DNA of 64,000 bases, taken from positions 160,001-224,000 of the forward strand of contig CAVZDU010000002.1 in the NCBI GenBank assembly GCA_963774265.1, in the 5' to 3' direction. Position numbers and translations under genes: made by a program. Numbering within the stretch: the first letter of the stretch is position 1; each line of letters opens with the position of its first letter. Origin of the DNA: an uncultured Chloroflexia bacterium (GTDB taxonomy: Bacteria; Chloroflexota; Anaerolineae; CG2-30-64-16). Under the pieces are notes generated by a model, which saw only the letters and a list, made by a program, of their open reading frames with translations, did not search any database and had not been told where the DNA came from. Below are positions 1 through 10,950 of the stretch, piece after piece.

Positions 1-144
1 AATGGTCAACCCATTCCAGGGGATGCACCGAATACTGATCGGGGGGGCTATGCGCTGGAAAGCAATAGCGCAGTCGTGGCAATCCTCCGATTTGATGTCG
101 AAAAGAACGAATGGTGGCCGGAGAAGGTGTTCGCAGGCGAATAG
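1..144 (+). CDS. truB: 3' end of probable tRNA pseudouridine(55) synthase
   Basis: Frame 1 reads NGQPIPGD...VAILRFDVEKNEWWPEKVFAGE* (TAG 142-144) and abuts the ribF ATG. The W-x-P-x-KVF ending and the truB-ribF order are typical. Confidence 0.65.
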   Translation, partial: NGQPIPGDAPNTDRGGYALESNSAVVAILRFDVEKNEWWPEKVFAGE

Positions 145-1488
145 ATGGATGTATTTGACGGCTTCCCCAAGCCCGCCATCGCCCAACCCGTCTTCCTGAC
201 CATTGGCAACTTCGACGGGGTGCACCGAGGACATCAGATGCTGGTATCCGAGCTGGCACTGGCGGCGCACGCCGAAGGAGGGGTGGCAGGTCTGCTAACA
301 TTCGAGCCGCACCCGGTGGCGGTGCTGCGACCCGAGCTCAAGGCCCCGCGCCTCACATCGAACGAGGAGCGCGCGGAGTTACTGGCAGCGCTCGGCCTCG
401 ATTTTGTCGTGGTCCATCCCTTCACTCGCGAAACCGCAGCGACCCCCGCAGCGCAATTCGTGGCGACTTTGACTGCCCACCTACCCCTACACGAATTATG
501 GGTTGGTCCGGACTTCGCGCTCGGCCGCGGGCGTGACGGGAACACCGAGCGCCTGGCAGAGCTGGGCCACGAAATGGGTTTCCTCGTACACGTCGTATCC
601 CCGTTTGACTGGCAAGGTGATCCGGTGCGCTCCAGCCGGGTGCGCGGCCTGCTGACCGAAGAAGGCGCGGTCGCACAGGCGAAGGCATTGTTGGGAAGGC
701 CCTACCGGGTGTGGGGCGAGGTTGTTAGGGGCGCACAACGGGGGCAAACGCTGGGCTTTCCAACCGCGAACCTGCGGCTGCCTGACGAGCGCCTCGTGCC
801 AGCGTATGGCGTGTATGCATGCTGGGCGTGGCGAGGCGACGCGGGACATCCAGCGGTTGTGAATATCGGTGTGCGTCCAAGCTTCGACAACGGCCTCCCG
901 TCTGTTGAGGCCTATCTGTTGAACTTCTCGGGCGATCTCTATGGGGAAACTTTGGGACTGAGTTTCATTCAGCGGTTGCGCGGAGAGAAGAAGTTCGCAG
1001 ACATCGGCCAGTTAGTCGAGCAGATACGGAGCGATGCAGCCGCCGCGGCGGAGATCCTTGCCCACCCGCCGACCGATGCCGGGGAGGGCCACTGGCGCGA
1101 GCTTGCTCATACAGCAGACTGGGCAATAGAAGTTTGGGGCGCCAATCCACGCACGCTATTTGCCAACGCGAGCGCTGCCATGTACGAGCTGCAGGAGCTC
1201 GATCCCGTCCAGCCTATCACGTTGGCGCGGGCCATCTGCGTGAATGGCGACGGATACGAGGAGCTGCTGGTTGCGTGGCTCAACCGGCTTCTGCTAGGAC
1301 AGGAGTTGGGCGGTGAGATGTATTCGCGCTTCGAGATCTTCGAGATGTCGACACGCGGTTTGCGTGGGGTGGCATATGGCTACCGGGGAACACCTACTCA
1401 CACGGAAATCAAAGCCGTGACATACCATGATTTGATTGTTCGCCAGATGACCGACGGCTGGCAGGCACGGGTCACTTTTGATGTGTAG
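145..1488 (+). CDS. ribF: Riboflavin kinase/FAD synthetase fused to a C-terminal archease domain
   Basis: RibF motifs IGNFDGVHRGHQ, GFPTAN, NIGVRPSF, EAYLLNF, followed by archease motifs HTADWAIEVWG, EIKAVTYH and terminal FDV. Confidence 0.92.
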   Translation: MDVFDGFPKPAIAQPVFLTIGNFDGVHRGHQMLVSELALAAHAEGGVAGLLTFEPHPVAVLRPELKAPRLTSNEERAELLAALGLDFVVVHPFTRETAATPAAQFVATLTAHLPLHELWVGPDFALGRGRDGNTERLAELGHEMGFLVHVVSPFDWQGDPVRSSRVRGLLTEEGAVAQAKALLGRPYRVWGEVVRGAQRGQTLGFPTANLRLPDERLVPAYGVYACWAWRGDAGHPAVVNIGVRPSFDNGLPSVEAYLLNFSGDLYGETLGLSFIQRLRGEKKFADIGQLVEQIRSDAAAAAEILAHPPTDAGEGHWRELAHTADWAIEVWGANPRTLFANASAAMYELQELDPVQPITLARAICVNGDGYEELLVAWLNRLLLGQELGGEMYSRFEIFEMSTRGLRGVAYGYRGTPTHTEIKAVTYHDLIVRQMTDGWQARVTFDV

Positions 1489-1541
1489 CTCGATTATTCG
1501 AGACCATCGAGATCGACACGACCCTGATGATTCGACAGAAT

Positions 1542-2336
1542 CTAGATTGACACGTCAGCTTTGATATGTGGGTGGGGGTCGTAGCCTTCGAGTTCGAAGT
1601 CCTCGAAGCGGAAGCCGGTAATGTCCTTGACGGCTGGATTGATCCGTATGCGTGGCAATGGACGCGGATCTCGGGACAGCTGAATACGTGCCTGGTCGAA
1701 ATGGTTGCGATACAGGTGCGCGTCGCCGCTGGTATGGATGAAGTCGCCGGGTTGCAGGTCGCAGATGTGCGCGACCACGAGGGTGAGCAACGCGTAGGAC
1801 GCAATATTGAACGGCAACCCAAGAAAGACATCTACCGATCGCTGGTAGAGCTGGCACGACAGCAGGCCATTTGCCACGTAGAACTGGAACATGACGTGGC
1901 AGGGCGGCAACGCCATGAGATCGATTTCCCCCACGTTCCAAGCGCTGATGATCAGCCGGCGCGAGTCAGGATTGCGCCTGATCTGCCCCAGGACATCCAT
2001 CAATTGGTCCACGGTGCGGCCATCGGACGTCGCCCAGGAGCGCCACTGCTTGCCATACACCGGCCCTAGTTCACCCTGGGCGTCCGCCCACTCGTCCCAG
2101 ATGCGCACGCCGTGTTCCTGCAGCCACCGCACGTTCGTATCACCATTGATGAACCATAACAACTCATAGATGATAGATTTAACGTGGAGTTTTTTGGTGG
2201 TGAGCAGGGGGAAGCCCGATGCCAGGTTGAACCGCATCTGGTGGCCAAAAATGGAGCGCGTGCCAGTGCCAGTGCGGTCGGATTTGTCCGCCCCGTGGTC
2301 GAGGATCGTTTGCATCAGGTCGAGATAGGCGCGCAT
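1542..2336 (-). CDS. thyA: Thymidylate synthase
   Basis: [34 protein letters not shown]; ATG at 2336 gives 264 aa. Confidence 0.97.
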   Translation of the reverse strand: MRAYLDLMQTILDHGADKSDRTGTGTRSIFGHQMRFNLASGFPLLTTKKLHVKSIIYELLWFINGDTNVRWLQEHGVRIWDEWADAQGELGPVYGKQWRSWATSDGRTVDQLMDVLGQIRRNPDSRRLIISAWNVGEIDLMALPPCHVMFQFYVANGLLSCQLYQRSVDVFLGLPFNIASYALLTLVVAHICDLQPGDFIHTSGDAHLYRNHFDQARIQLSRDPRPLPRIRINPAVKDITGFRFEDFELEGYDPHPHIKADVSI

Positions 2337-2359
2337 GACAGTCCTCGAAATAAGCCCCT

Positions 2360-2402
2360 GCACACAGGCACAAAGGAGCAAAGGGACTTTGTGCCTGTGT
2401 GC
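2360..2402. terminator. 16-bp inverted repeat (hairpin) between the CBS gene and thyA
   Basis: GCACACAGGCACAAAG...CTTTGTGCCTGTGTGC; no clear U-tract. Confidence 0.5.
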
Positions 2403-2418
2403 CTCCGCAGAGGCGCTC

Positions 2419-3063
2419 TTACTGGCCGCGAAAGTCCACGACTTCGACGTCCAGGCCCGAGAGGGCATTGCGGACGCTGGCAGCATCGACATCACTCACT
2501 TTGAGCATGATGAGCGGTCGATCGGGCGTGGCGCCAGCATAAGTGGCGAAGCTGATGATGTTGGCGCCCAGGCCGGTCAGCGCTTGCGCCAGCTTCGCGA
2601 GCACGCCCTTGCCCTGGTGCACGCGCAGAGTGACGCGTAGGCCCGGGATGCGCGCGCCCAGCAGCTCGGCCAGAATCTTGAATACATCGGTTTCGGTGAT
2701 GATGCCGACGAGCTTATCACCATCCACCACAGGCAAGCCGCCGATCTTGTTGTCGGCCATGACGCGCGCTGCCTCCTCAAGAGGAGTGTCCGACGAAACC
2801 GAGATCACGGGACTGGACATGACCTGCTTGATGGTGAGCTTGGCGAGCAGGTAGTGGAGCTCGTACACGCTCAGCGACGTCGCAGGCGACGGCGCTGCGT
2901 GGAGGAGATCCTTGTCGGAGACAATGCCGACCATGTTTCCAGACGCGTCAAGAACAGGCAGGCGGCGCACTTTGCGCTCGCGCATCAGGTGCAAGCCATC
3001 ATCGATGCTTGCAGTCTCTTCAATTGTGACGGGATTGCGGGTCATCCGTTCGCCGACGAGCAT
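2419..3063 (-). CDS. CBS pair + ACT domain protein (AcuB-like)
   Basis: Two CBS repeats ([16 protein letters not shown]; [15 protein letters not shown]) and a C-terminal ACT-like GVLAKL..GANIIS. Confidence 0.85.
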   Translation of the reverse strand: MLVGERMTRNPVTIEETASIDDGLHLMRERKVRRLPVLDASGNMVGIVSDKDLLHAAPSPATSLSVYELHYLLAKLTIKQVMSSPVISVSSDTPLEEAARVMADNKIGGLPVVDGDKLVGIITETDVFKILAELLGARIPGLRVTLRVHQGKGVLAKLAQALTGLGANIISFATYAGATPDRPLIMLKVSDVDAASVRNALSGLDVEVVDFRGQ

Positions 3064-3103
3064 AGGTTTGCCTCCTCAGGTTGATAATTGCAGCTGCACT
3101 GCA

Positions 3104-4176
3104 TCAGGCAGGGGATGGATTAGTCCGGGTAGGATGATTCCTGGGCCGTTTCTTCTTGGGCATTTGATAGCCCAGACGGCGGAGCTCCTCCTCATCAGTG
3201 CGCCACTTGGGTCGCACCTTGACCCATAGTTCGAGGAACACGCGTGTCTCGAGCAACTCCTCGATCTGTTGGCGCGCAGATTGGCCGATCTGCTTAATCA
3301 TCGCGCCGTCTTTTCCTAGAACAATCATCTTCTGTGTCGGCCGCTCCACGTAGACGACTGCTGAGATGTAAGTTACGCCGTTCTCGCGCTCTTTGAAGTC
3401 ATCAACCAGCACGGCGACTGAGTGAGGGACTTCGTCGCGCAAGTGATGCAGCACTTGCTCACGCACCAGTTCGCCGGCCATGAAGCGTACTTGTTGATCG
3501 GTGACCTGGTCCTCGGGAAACAAAGGCGGGCTGACCGGCATCAATCGCGCCAGCTCATTTGCCAGATCAGTCAGCCTATCGCCGCGCAAGGCAGAAAGCC
3601 GCATCGCGGTCGCGGTGGGTGCGAGTGCAAGGTAGTCCGCCTCGTGCTTGGGAGACCAAACCGCATCTTGCGACGAGGACACCCCGCCCTTACGCTCATC
3701 CGTCTTGTCCAGCTTGTTGAGGCCGAGAAGAAACGGCGTGGGGGCAGAAGACTGCTCGCGCCTGCGGGCGGATGCGATGATTTCCGCCACCTTGCGATCC
3801 TCATCGTTAGGCGGTGAGCTCACATCGACCACCCAGAGCAGGACGTCGGCATCGGGCAGCGTTGCAGCCGCGGTCTCGACCATGACCTCGCCAAGTTTAT
3901 GTAAAGGTGCGTGGATGCCGGGCGTATCGAGAAAAACGATCTGGGCGTCATCCCGCGTTAGAATACCGAGCAACCTGTTGCGCGTGGTCTGAGGCTTTGG
4001 GGAGACAATGCTGACCTTCTGCCCCAACAGTGCGTTGATCAAGGTGGACTTGCCAACGTTAGGACGACCGATTACGGCCACAAAGCCCCGCGAAAGTCGT
4101 CTGGATATACGGTTTTTTCCGCTCCACCGAAGAACTCATCGATCAAAGCATTTTCTTCAGGTTCAGGATCGATCAT
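3104..4176 (-). CDS. era: GTPase Era (apparent single-base frameshift near 4086-4090)
   Basis: GRPNVGKS, PQTTR, DTPG, NKLD, KH domain LELWVKV. The upstream frame from ATG 4176 (ATGA overlap with the previous gene) reads MIDPEP...YPDDFR and joins GFVAVIG if one base is added. Confidence 0.9.
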
Positions 4177-4889
4177 GCGTGCAACCTGAATGGATTGAAA
4201 TCGGTGTTCACATCGTAGTAGTCAACACCTTCAGCGCGCTTGAGACCGGCGACCACGCGGTAGGTCACCGGCGTGAAGAGAGCCTCAATCACCACCTTGA
4301 AGATGTAGTTAGCGACGATGATGCTCAACGCTGCGGCCCAAGGGAACACGCCCAGTGCAGCAGCGATCAGTACGAAGATGGTGGTGTCGACGACCTGACC
4401 CACCAGGGTCGACCCGATCGTGCGCAGCCACAGGAAACGGCCCTGGGTCGCCACCTTGAGCTTTGCCAGGACGAAGGAGTTGCTAAACTCGCCGGCAAGG
4501 TAAGCGATCAGGCTGGCCACGATGATCCCGCCGTTGCTCACGCCGCCCAAAATGGCATCGTAGGCGTCCTGTCCTGCCGCGGCCTGCCAGTTGGCCTCAC
4601 CAGGCAAGCGTGCGACCAACCAAAGGGTGAAGCCCATGAGGCCAGCCAGGGCGAAGCCGACCCAGATGACGCGGCGCCCAAACGCATAACCATAAACCTC
4701 GGTCAGCACGTCCCCGAAAATGTAGCTTATCGGGAACAGGAGCGTGCCGGCATCAAAGGCTAACCTTAGGTCACCCACCGACACCCCCCAGTCGATGATC
4801 TTCGCCGAGGAAGCGATGTTGCTGACCAGCAAGACCGCGACGAACGCGGCCATGATCAAATCGTAAAAGCGATAGGGGGGCCGACGCAT
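4173..4889 (-). CDS. VUT/YhhQ-family queuosine precursor transporter
   Basis: SNIASSAK, GTLLFPISYIFGDVLTEVYG, LRTIGSTLVGQVVDT; hydrophobic. Confidence 0.88.
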   Translation of the reverse strand: MRRPPYRFYDLIMAAFVAVLLVSNIASSAKIIDWGVSVGDLRLAFDAGTLLFPISYIFGDVLTEVYGYAFGRRVIWVGFALAGLMGFTLWLVARLPGEANWQAAAGQDAYDAILGGVSNGGIIVASLIAYLAGEFSNSFVLAKLKVATQGRFLWLRTIGSTLVGQVVDTTIFVLIAAALGVFPWAAALSIIVANYIFKVVIEALFTPVTYRVVAGLKRAEGVDYYDVNTDFNPFRLHA

Positions 4890-4898
4890 GTCTCGTCC

Positions 4899-6686
4899 CT
4901 ACACAAGCCGTTGGGCCAATGCCCTTACCTGTTCGGCCATGCGCTGGGGTAGTCGCGCGCCGAACTGGGCGAAATGGCGTTCGATGTCGGGGACTTCGGA
5001 GCGCCACGCGGCAATGTCGACGCGTAGCAGTTCGTCCATATCCTCCGGCGCGATGGACAGACCCGTCGAGTCCAGGTCACCGTCACAGGGTAGCATGCCA
5101 ATCGGTGTCTTGCGTGCGTCCACCCTGCCTTCGATCCGGTCGCACATCCATTTGAGCACACGGCTGTTTTCCCCGTATCCGGGCCACAGCCACTTGCCGT
5201 CGGGCGATTTCCGGAACCAGTTCACGTAGAAGATGCGCGGGGCCTTTTCTCCCAGCCGATCCCCCATCTCCAGCCAGTGGCCGAAGTAATCACTCATATT
5301 GTAGCCACAGAAGGGCTGCATGGCGAACGGATCGCGGCGCAAATTGCCCACCGCGCCGATGTTTGCGGCGGTCGTTTCGGAGGATGCGGTGGCGCCCATA
5401 AACACACCGTGGTCCCAATCGTATGCCTCAGTGACCAGCGGTACGACACCTGCGCGGCGTCCGCCGAACACGAAGATATCAATTGGCACGCCTTCGGGGT
5501 TCTCCCAGTCGGGGCTGATCGACGGGCATTGCCTCGCAGGCGCGGTGAAGCGCGCGTTCGGATGGGCGGCTGGCTCCCCACGGTCAGGTGACCAATCCCG
5601 GCCCTTCCAGTCGATGGCGTGCTGGGGTGCCTGCACCCCCATGCCCTCCCACCAGATATCGCCGTCATCGGTCAATGCGCAATTCGTAAAGATCACGTTC
5701 TCCCGTACGGTGTCCATCGCCATCGGGTTCGACTGGCAGGATGTGCCCGGCGCGACACCGAAGAAACCGGCTTCCGGATTGATCGCGTAGAGCCGGCCGT
5801 CAGGTCCAATCTTCATCCAGGCGATGTCATCACCCAGCGTTTCGGCGCGCCAACCGGGCAGAGTGGGCTGAATCATGGCCAGATTCGTCTTGCCACACGC
5901 TGAGGGAAAGGCCGCCGCGATGTGATAACGCCGGCCTTCCGGGCTGGTGAGCCGTAGGATGAGCATATGCTCGGCCATCCAGCCCTCGCGATGGGCCATC
6001 GCGGACGCGATGCGCAGCGCAAAGCACTTCTTACCCAATAGCGCATTGCCACCGTATCCCGAACCATAGGACCAGATGAGGTTCTCGTCGGGGAAGTGGC
6101 TGATGTATTTCTGATCCATGGGCGCGCAGGGCCACGTGGCATCAGCCATACCCGGCTCGAGAGGCGCGCCGATGGAATGGAGGCACGGGACAAAGTCGCC
6201 GTCCGGCCCCAGTGCATCGCATGCCTGGATACCTACGCGCGTCATGATGTGCATGTTGCAGACGACGTAGGGGCTATCGGTGATTTCGACGCCGATCTTG
6301 GACATGGGCGATCCCAGGGGTCCCATCGAGAACGGTATGACGTACATGGTCCGGCCAGCCATGCAGCCATCGTACAGCCCTAGCATGGTCTGCTTCAGCT
6401 CGTCAGGCGCGACCCAGTTGTTCGTCGGACCGGCGTTGTCTTTGTCGGGCGTGCTGATATAGGTCCGCGCTTCGACGCGGGCAACATCAGACGGATCCGA
6501 GCGGAACAGGTAGCTGTCCGCGCGGCGAGCGAGCGGCTCGGCCATGCCAGACGCGACCATCTGCGCCATTAGTCGGTCGTACTCGGCAGTGCTGCCGTCA
6601 CACCAGTAAACTGCTTCGGGCCGGCACAAGGCAGAGGCTTGATCCACCCAGGCGCGAAGCTTATGATTCTTAACCTCGTAACCCAC
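4899..6686 (-). CDS. pckG: GTP-dependent phosphoenolpyruvate carboxykinase
   Basis: [39 protein letters not shown]. Confidence 0.97.
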   Translation of the reverse strand: MGYEVKNHKLRAWVDQASALCRPEAVYWCDGSTAEYDRLMAQMVASGMAEPLARRADSYLFRSDPSDVARVEARTYISTPDKDNAGPTNNWVAPDELKQTMLGLYDGCMAGRTMYVIPFSMGPLGSPMSKIGVEITDSPYVVCNMHIMTRVGIQACDALGPDGDFVPCLHSIGAPLEPGMADATWPCAPMDQKYISHFPDENLIWSYGSGYGGNALLGKKCFALRIASAMAHREGWMAEHMLILRLTSPEGRRYHIAAAFPSACGKTNLAMIQPTLPGWRAETLGDDIAWMKIGPDGRLYAINPEAGFFGVAPGTSCQSNPMAMDTVRENVIFTNCALTDDGDIWWEGMGVQAPQHAIDWKGRDWSPDRGEPAAHPNARFTAPARQCPSISPDWENPEGVPIDIFVFGGRRAGVVPLVTEAYDWDHGVFMGATASSETTAANIGAVGNLRRDPFAMQPFCGYNMSDYFGHWLEMGDRLGEKAPRIFYVNWFRKSPDGKWLWPGYGENSRVLKWMCDRIEGRVDARKTPIGMLPCDGDLDSTGLSIAPEDMDELLRVDIAAWRSEVPDIERHFAQFGARLPQRMAEQVRALAQRLV

Positions 6687-6729
6687 GGGGTTTGCCCTTT
6701 CTCGATTGCAGATTGAAGATTACGTATGC

Positions 6730-7653
6730 CTACGGTGTCAGATGGGCCATGGTGGCGCGGATTAGGTCGGCAGATTTTTTCATCATGCCCTTCTCTCCGT
6801 CGGTCAAATCAAGCTCGAGAATACGCTCGATGCCGTTCTTGCCCAGAATGACCGGCACGCCGAAGCAGATGTCGTTCAGCCCGTACTCCCCCTGGAGATA
6901 CACCGACGCGGGGTAGATATGATGCTGGTCTCGCAGGACGGCCTGAGCCATCTTGCAGGCCGACGCGCCAGGTGCGTAGTACGCACTGCCAGTCTTCAGG
7001 TAGCGCACAATTTCGGCGCCGCCATCACGCGTCCGGGCAACTATGTGGTCGATCTGCGCCTGACTGAGGAAATACGTTAACGGCACCCCTGCAACATTCG
7101 AAAAGCGTACTAAGGGCACCATCTCATCGCCGTGTCCACCCAGCACGGTTGTGTGGATGTTCTCGGGGCTAATCCCTGTTTCCATCGCGATGAAGGTGCG
7201 CATTCGGCCACCATCGAGCACGCCGGCCTGGCCCATGACTCGCTCGCGCGGGAAGCCGCTGACCTTGTAGGCCAGGTAGGTCATGGTGTCCAAAGGATTG
7301 GTCATCATGAGTAGGATTGCGTCTGGAGAATGCTCGACGACCTTCCGAACCACATCTGTAACTATGCCTGCATTGATGTGCACCAAGTCTTCTCGCGTCA
7401 TGCCCGGTTTGCGTGCGACACCGGCGGTAATGATGACGATGTCTGAGTTTGCGGTGTCTGCGTACTCCGTCGAGCCGGTCGCATCGATGGCGTGCCCGGC
7501 AATTGGGCCAGACTGAATCAGATCCAAAACTTTGCCCTTAGCCAGGCCGTCGACCACATCCAGCAGCACGATCTGGCAACCGCCCGAGATCATGGCCCAG
7601 TGCGCCACGGTACTGCCCACATATCCGGCCCCTATAATGCTGACTTTGCTCAT
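6730..7653 (-). CDS. mdh: Malate dehydrogenase (LDH-like)
   Basis: GAGYVG, TAGVARKPGMTREDL, GGHGD, GSAYYAP. Confidence 0.92.
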   Translation of the reverse strand: MSKVSIIGAGYVGSTVAHWAMISGGCQIVLLDVVDGLAKGKVLDLIQSGPIAGHAIDATGSTEYADTANSDIVIITAGVARKPGMTREDLVHINAGIVTDVVRKVVEHSPDAILLMMTNPLDTMTYLAYKVSGFPRERVMGQAGVLDGGRMRTFIAMETGISPENIHTTVLGGHGDEMVPLVRFSNVAGVPLTYFLSQAQIDHIVARTRDGGAEIVRYLKTGSAYYAPGASACKMAQAVLRDQHHIYPASVYLQGEYGLNDICFGVPVILGKNGIERILELDLTDGEKGMMKKSADLIRATMAHLTP

Positions 7654-7704
7654 CGACTCGCTCCGTGACTTGAAGATTTCAGATTGAAGATCGTGCCCCC
7701 ACTG

Positions 7705-8646
7705 TCAGGCGGTGGCAGCGGGCGCGGCCACGGGCTGACGGCTGGACACAGCAGCGACCAGTTCGATGCCGTCCGCTGCCAACACAGGTTTGAGTGCCGC
7801 AATGGCGGCCTCGATCATCGATGGATCAGGCTGGCGCGTGGTCAGGCGTTGTAGGAGCAAGCCGGGAGTAATCAAGGCACGCACCCACGGCCACTCAATA
7901 TGGCTGGCGGTGAAGCGCATCACCTCATACGCGATGCCGGCAACAACCGGGATCAATAGAAGCCGCGAGGCCAACCTCAGGAGCAAGTTGTCAAAATGGA
8001 ACGGCGCGAACACCAGTATCGAGATCAGCATCACGGACAGCAGGAAGCTGGTGCCGCAGCGGGTGTGCGCCGTGCTGAACCTGGCCACCGACTCAGGAGT
8101 GAGCGGTTCACCGGCTTCATAAGCGTTAATCGTCTTGTGCTCCGCACCATGGTAGCCGAACACGCGACGAATGTCGGGCATGAACCCGATGGCCCATAAG
8201 TACAGCAGGAAGATGCCGAGGCGGACCAAACCCTCGACGATGCTCGTAACCAGGCCACCTGCGCCTGCGGGCGCCAACCATTTTGCCGCTGCGGTCGGCA
8301 GCATGAAGAAAAGCGCGACCGAAAAGGCTAGCGACACTGCGATCGTGGTCCAGGCGACAGGACCGGCGAACTTGATGTCCTCTTGCCCCTCTTCCTTTAC
8401 GGCCACATCAGCCGACCAGATGAGTGCGCGCATGCCGAGCCCCAGGGCATCCCACAGCATGCCTAAGCCGCGGATGAAGGGCCACTGGCCCCACTTCTTG
8501 GTATAGATGGCCGCGGTAAGCGGCTCCTCATGGACGACGATCTCACCGCTTGGGGCTCGGACGGCCACCGCCATCTGCTTGCGCCCACGCATCATCACAC
8601 CTTCGATTACTGCCTGTCCGCCATAATTGAATTTAGCCAATCTCAC
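7705..8646 (-). CDS. DUF1385 membrane protein
   Basis: [28 protein letters not shown]. Confidence 0.9.
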   Translation of the reverse strand: MRLAKFNYGGQAVIEGVMMRGRKQMAVAVRAPSGEIVVHEEPLTAAIYTKKWGQWPFIRGLGMLWDALGLGMRALIWSADVAVKEEGQEDIKFAGPVAWTTIAVSLAFSVALFFMLPTAAAKWLAPAGAGGLVTSIVEGLVRLGIFLLYLWAIGFMPDIRRVFGYHGAEHKTINAYEAGEPLTPESVARFSTAHTRCGTSFLLSVMLISILVFAPFHFDNLLLRLASRLLLIPVVAGIAYEVMRFTASHIEWPWVRALITPGLLLQRLTTRQPDPSMIEAAIAALKPVLAADGIELVAAVSSRQPVAAPAATA

Positions 8647-8688
8647 ATCCTCATCTCAGGGCCGCGCAGGGCACCTCATTAGTTACGT

Positions 8689-8717
8689 ATTCTAACCCAC
8701 GTAAGGGTCAGTGTCAA
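8689..8717 (-). promoter_or_regulatory. Sigma70-type promoter for the DUF1385-mdh-pckG run
   Basis: Minus strand TTGACA-17-TAGAAT. Confidence 0.7.
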
Positions 8718-8866
8718 AGCCTCGACCATTTGTACGTCGTTGGTGCTCAGATTTCACCCTGGTGTGGCGCAATCATAGCACAGCGGTAGGCGGCCACAAG
8801 CGACCAAGCTTCCAGACTGGAGTAGGCCGGGCGACTGTGCTAGACTGTCACCCGGAGGTGAAGCCA

Positions 8867-9649
8867 ATGAGCGGAGTGGAAGAGTCCATGGACCGGATCG
8901 CACGTTTTTTCGACGCCGAATACCTGAGTTATAACGATGATCTACCTGTTCTGGAAGCCTACGCAGACCGAACCGGCGGGCCGCTGCTGGAGCTTGGTTG
9001 CGGAACTGGTCGAGCGCTTGTTCCCCTGGCTAGAGCCGGTCACCAGGTCACGGGCGTCGACGCCAGTCCGTCCATGTTGCGACTGGCACGGGCGAAAGCA
9101 GAGGCCGCGGGCGTATCCCAGCAGGTCAGACTGATCGAAGGTGATTTTGTAGAGGCTGATCTGGGCGGCACTTACCGGTTCGCGTTCACGCTCATGAACA
9201 CCTTCCTGCACCTGCCAGATCTTGTGGCCCAGATCGCCGCACTCAAGCATTGGCGGGAGGTGCTGGCGCCGAAAGGACTGCTGCTAATTGACGTATTCAA
9301 TCCAGATATGGGTCAACTGGCGGCGATGGATGGCCGGCTGGAGTGGGAACAGACCTGGACCAACAGCAGCACAGGCGAGCGTGTGATGAAGTTCCTGACG
9401 CGCGTGGTAGAGCCGGCGGCCCAGGTCATGTCCGTGAATCACATCTACGAAGAGATCGCGACGGATGGCACCCTGCGCCGAACCATGGCAACCTTCAACC
9501 TCCGCTATATATGGCGATTCGAAGCCGAGCTCTTGCTTGACAAGGCAGGGTTCAATCTTGAGGCCGTCTATGGCGACTGGGATATGAGCCCCTATGCTAG
9601 CGACAGCGAGCGCATGATCATCGTGGCACGCTGCGCGAAGCGAAAATGA
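8867..9649 (+). CDS. Class I SAM-dependent methyltransferase
   Basis: LELGCGTGR, VTGVDASPSML; GGAGGTG RBS before ATG 8867. Confidence 0.88.
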   Translation: MSGVEESMDRIARFFDAEYLSYNDDLPVLEAYADRTGGPLLELGCGTGRALVPLARAGHQVTGVDASPSMLRLARAKAEAAGVSQQVRLIEGDFVEADLGGTYRFAFTLMNTFLHLPDLVAQIAALKHWREVLAPKGLLLIDVFNPDMGQLAAMDGRLEWEQTWTNSSTGERVMKFLTRVVEPAAQVMSVNHIYEEIATDGTLRRTMATFNLRYIWRFEAELLLDKAGFNLEAVYGDWDMSPYASDSERMIIVARCAKRK

Positions 9650-9716
9650 GGACACGGAGACGGGGACACCCGTGTCACCCCGTCCTTGGTCTCCCCCTCA
9701 CCCAATCACTCCGCTC

Positions 9717-10943
9717 CTATGGAGTCGGAGTAGCCGGCACAGTGACAGTCGTCGTGACGGTCGCCGTCAACGTCACTGAGCTCGCTGCCGTGACCACCGG
9801 GGTTGGTGTCGTCGGCGTGGGGCAGTTGGCATTAGAGCCTATCTTGCCCTGCTCAGCGATCGATTTCTGGCCGAAGAGGCTGTTCAGCTCACTTTCCAAC
9901 CGCTCCTGATCGCCGATCTGTAGCACCTGCGCCCCACCCACCTCGGCGTACACAATCGCATCTGTGCTGAACGTCAGACCGTGTATTGCCTCGCCCTTCA
10001 ACCCCAGGCCCACGCGGGCCAGGCGAATCACATCTAGCAAACCCAGGTCCGTCTGAAAGGTATGCTGCAGCGCGCGCCAGAGCTGCGGCAGCTTGGTGAG
10101 CGCATCCACCTGCAGGGCCCGCTCCTTGATCGCCCAGATGAGCTGCTGCTGCCGCTGCCCCCGGTAGAAGTCGTTCGAGTTGTAGCGGAAGGTGGCGAAC
10201 TTCTTTGCGGCTGCGCCGTCCAAATGGTTGACGCCCACCGGCAACTCGAACTTCTCGAACTCGCCTGGCTTCGTTGGGTGTGGGGTGAGTTCGTAGAGCG
10301 GACAGTTCAACGTCACATCGACGCCGTCGAGCGCATCGACCAACTCGACCAGTCCCTCCTGCTTGATTCGCACCCAATGCTGAGTCGGCACGTCCAGGAT
10401 GTCCTCGATAATCTTGCCGACCAGTGCAGGCCCGCCGCCAGGGTATTTGTTGGATTCCCCGTGGAAATCGGCCTGGTTGATACGGCCCATGCCATAACCG
10501 GGGATCTCCACCCACAGGTCGCGCGGGATGGAGACGATCCCGACCTGGTTTGCCTCGTGATCCACGGCCACGATCATGATGGTGTCGGTCCGCCAGGCGA
10601 TGTCCCCGGGCCGCGGATCGATGCCAAGGACCAGATAGTTGTCCGTCTCTTTGAGCGTCTTGGGTGCGGGCGTCGGGCTGGCGGTAGGGGTGAGCGTTGG
10701 CTCAGGCGTCGCGGTCGGTGTCGACGGCGACGTCGGTGACGACGGGACCTCGGTCGGCGCATCCGTGGCTGTCGGCTCAATCGTCACTTCAGTGATGGCC
10801 GTGAGGACGGGGGGGGGCGTCGCGGGGAGGGAGCTAGTGGCCGCGGGCACAGATTGGCACGCAGTAAGGGTCAGAACGAAGACAAGCAACAGCGCCGGCC
10901 ACGAGCGAACTCCCGGCCGGATCCAGTGGTAGTTTTGTCTCAT
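9717..10943 (-). CDS. LytR-CpsA-Psr (LCP) family protein, probable lipoprotein
   Basis: LVLGID, RTDTIMIV, SIPRDLWV, RGQRQQ; lipobox-like LTAC; Pro/Thr linkers. Confidence 0.9.
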   Translation of the reverse strand: MRQNYHWIRPGVRSWPALLLVFVLTLTACQSVPAATSSLPATPPPVLTAITEVTIEPTATDAPTEVPSSPTSPSTPTATPEPTLTPTASPTPAPKTLKETDNYLVLGIDPRPGDIAWRTDTIMIVAVDHEANQVGIVSIPRDLWVEIPGYGMGRINQADFHGESNKYPGGGPALVGKIIEDILDVPTQHWVRIKQEGLVELVDALDGVDVTLNCPLYELTPHPTKPGEFEKFELPVGVNHLDGAAAKKFATFRYNSNDFYRGQRQQQLIWAIKERALQVDALTKLPQLWRALQHTFQTDLGLLDVIRLARVGLGLKGEAIHGLTFSTDAIVYAEVGGAQVLQIGDQERLESELNSLFGQKSIAEQGKIGSNANCPTPTTPTPVVTAASSVTLTATVTTTVTVPATPTP

Positions 10944-10950
10944 GGACTGG

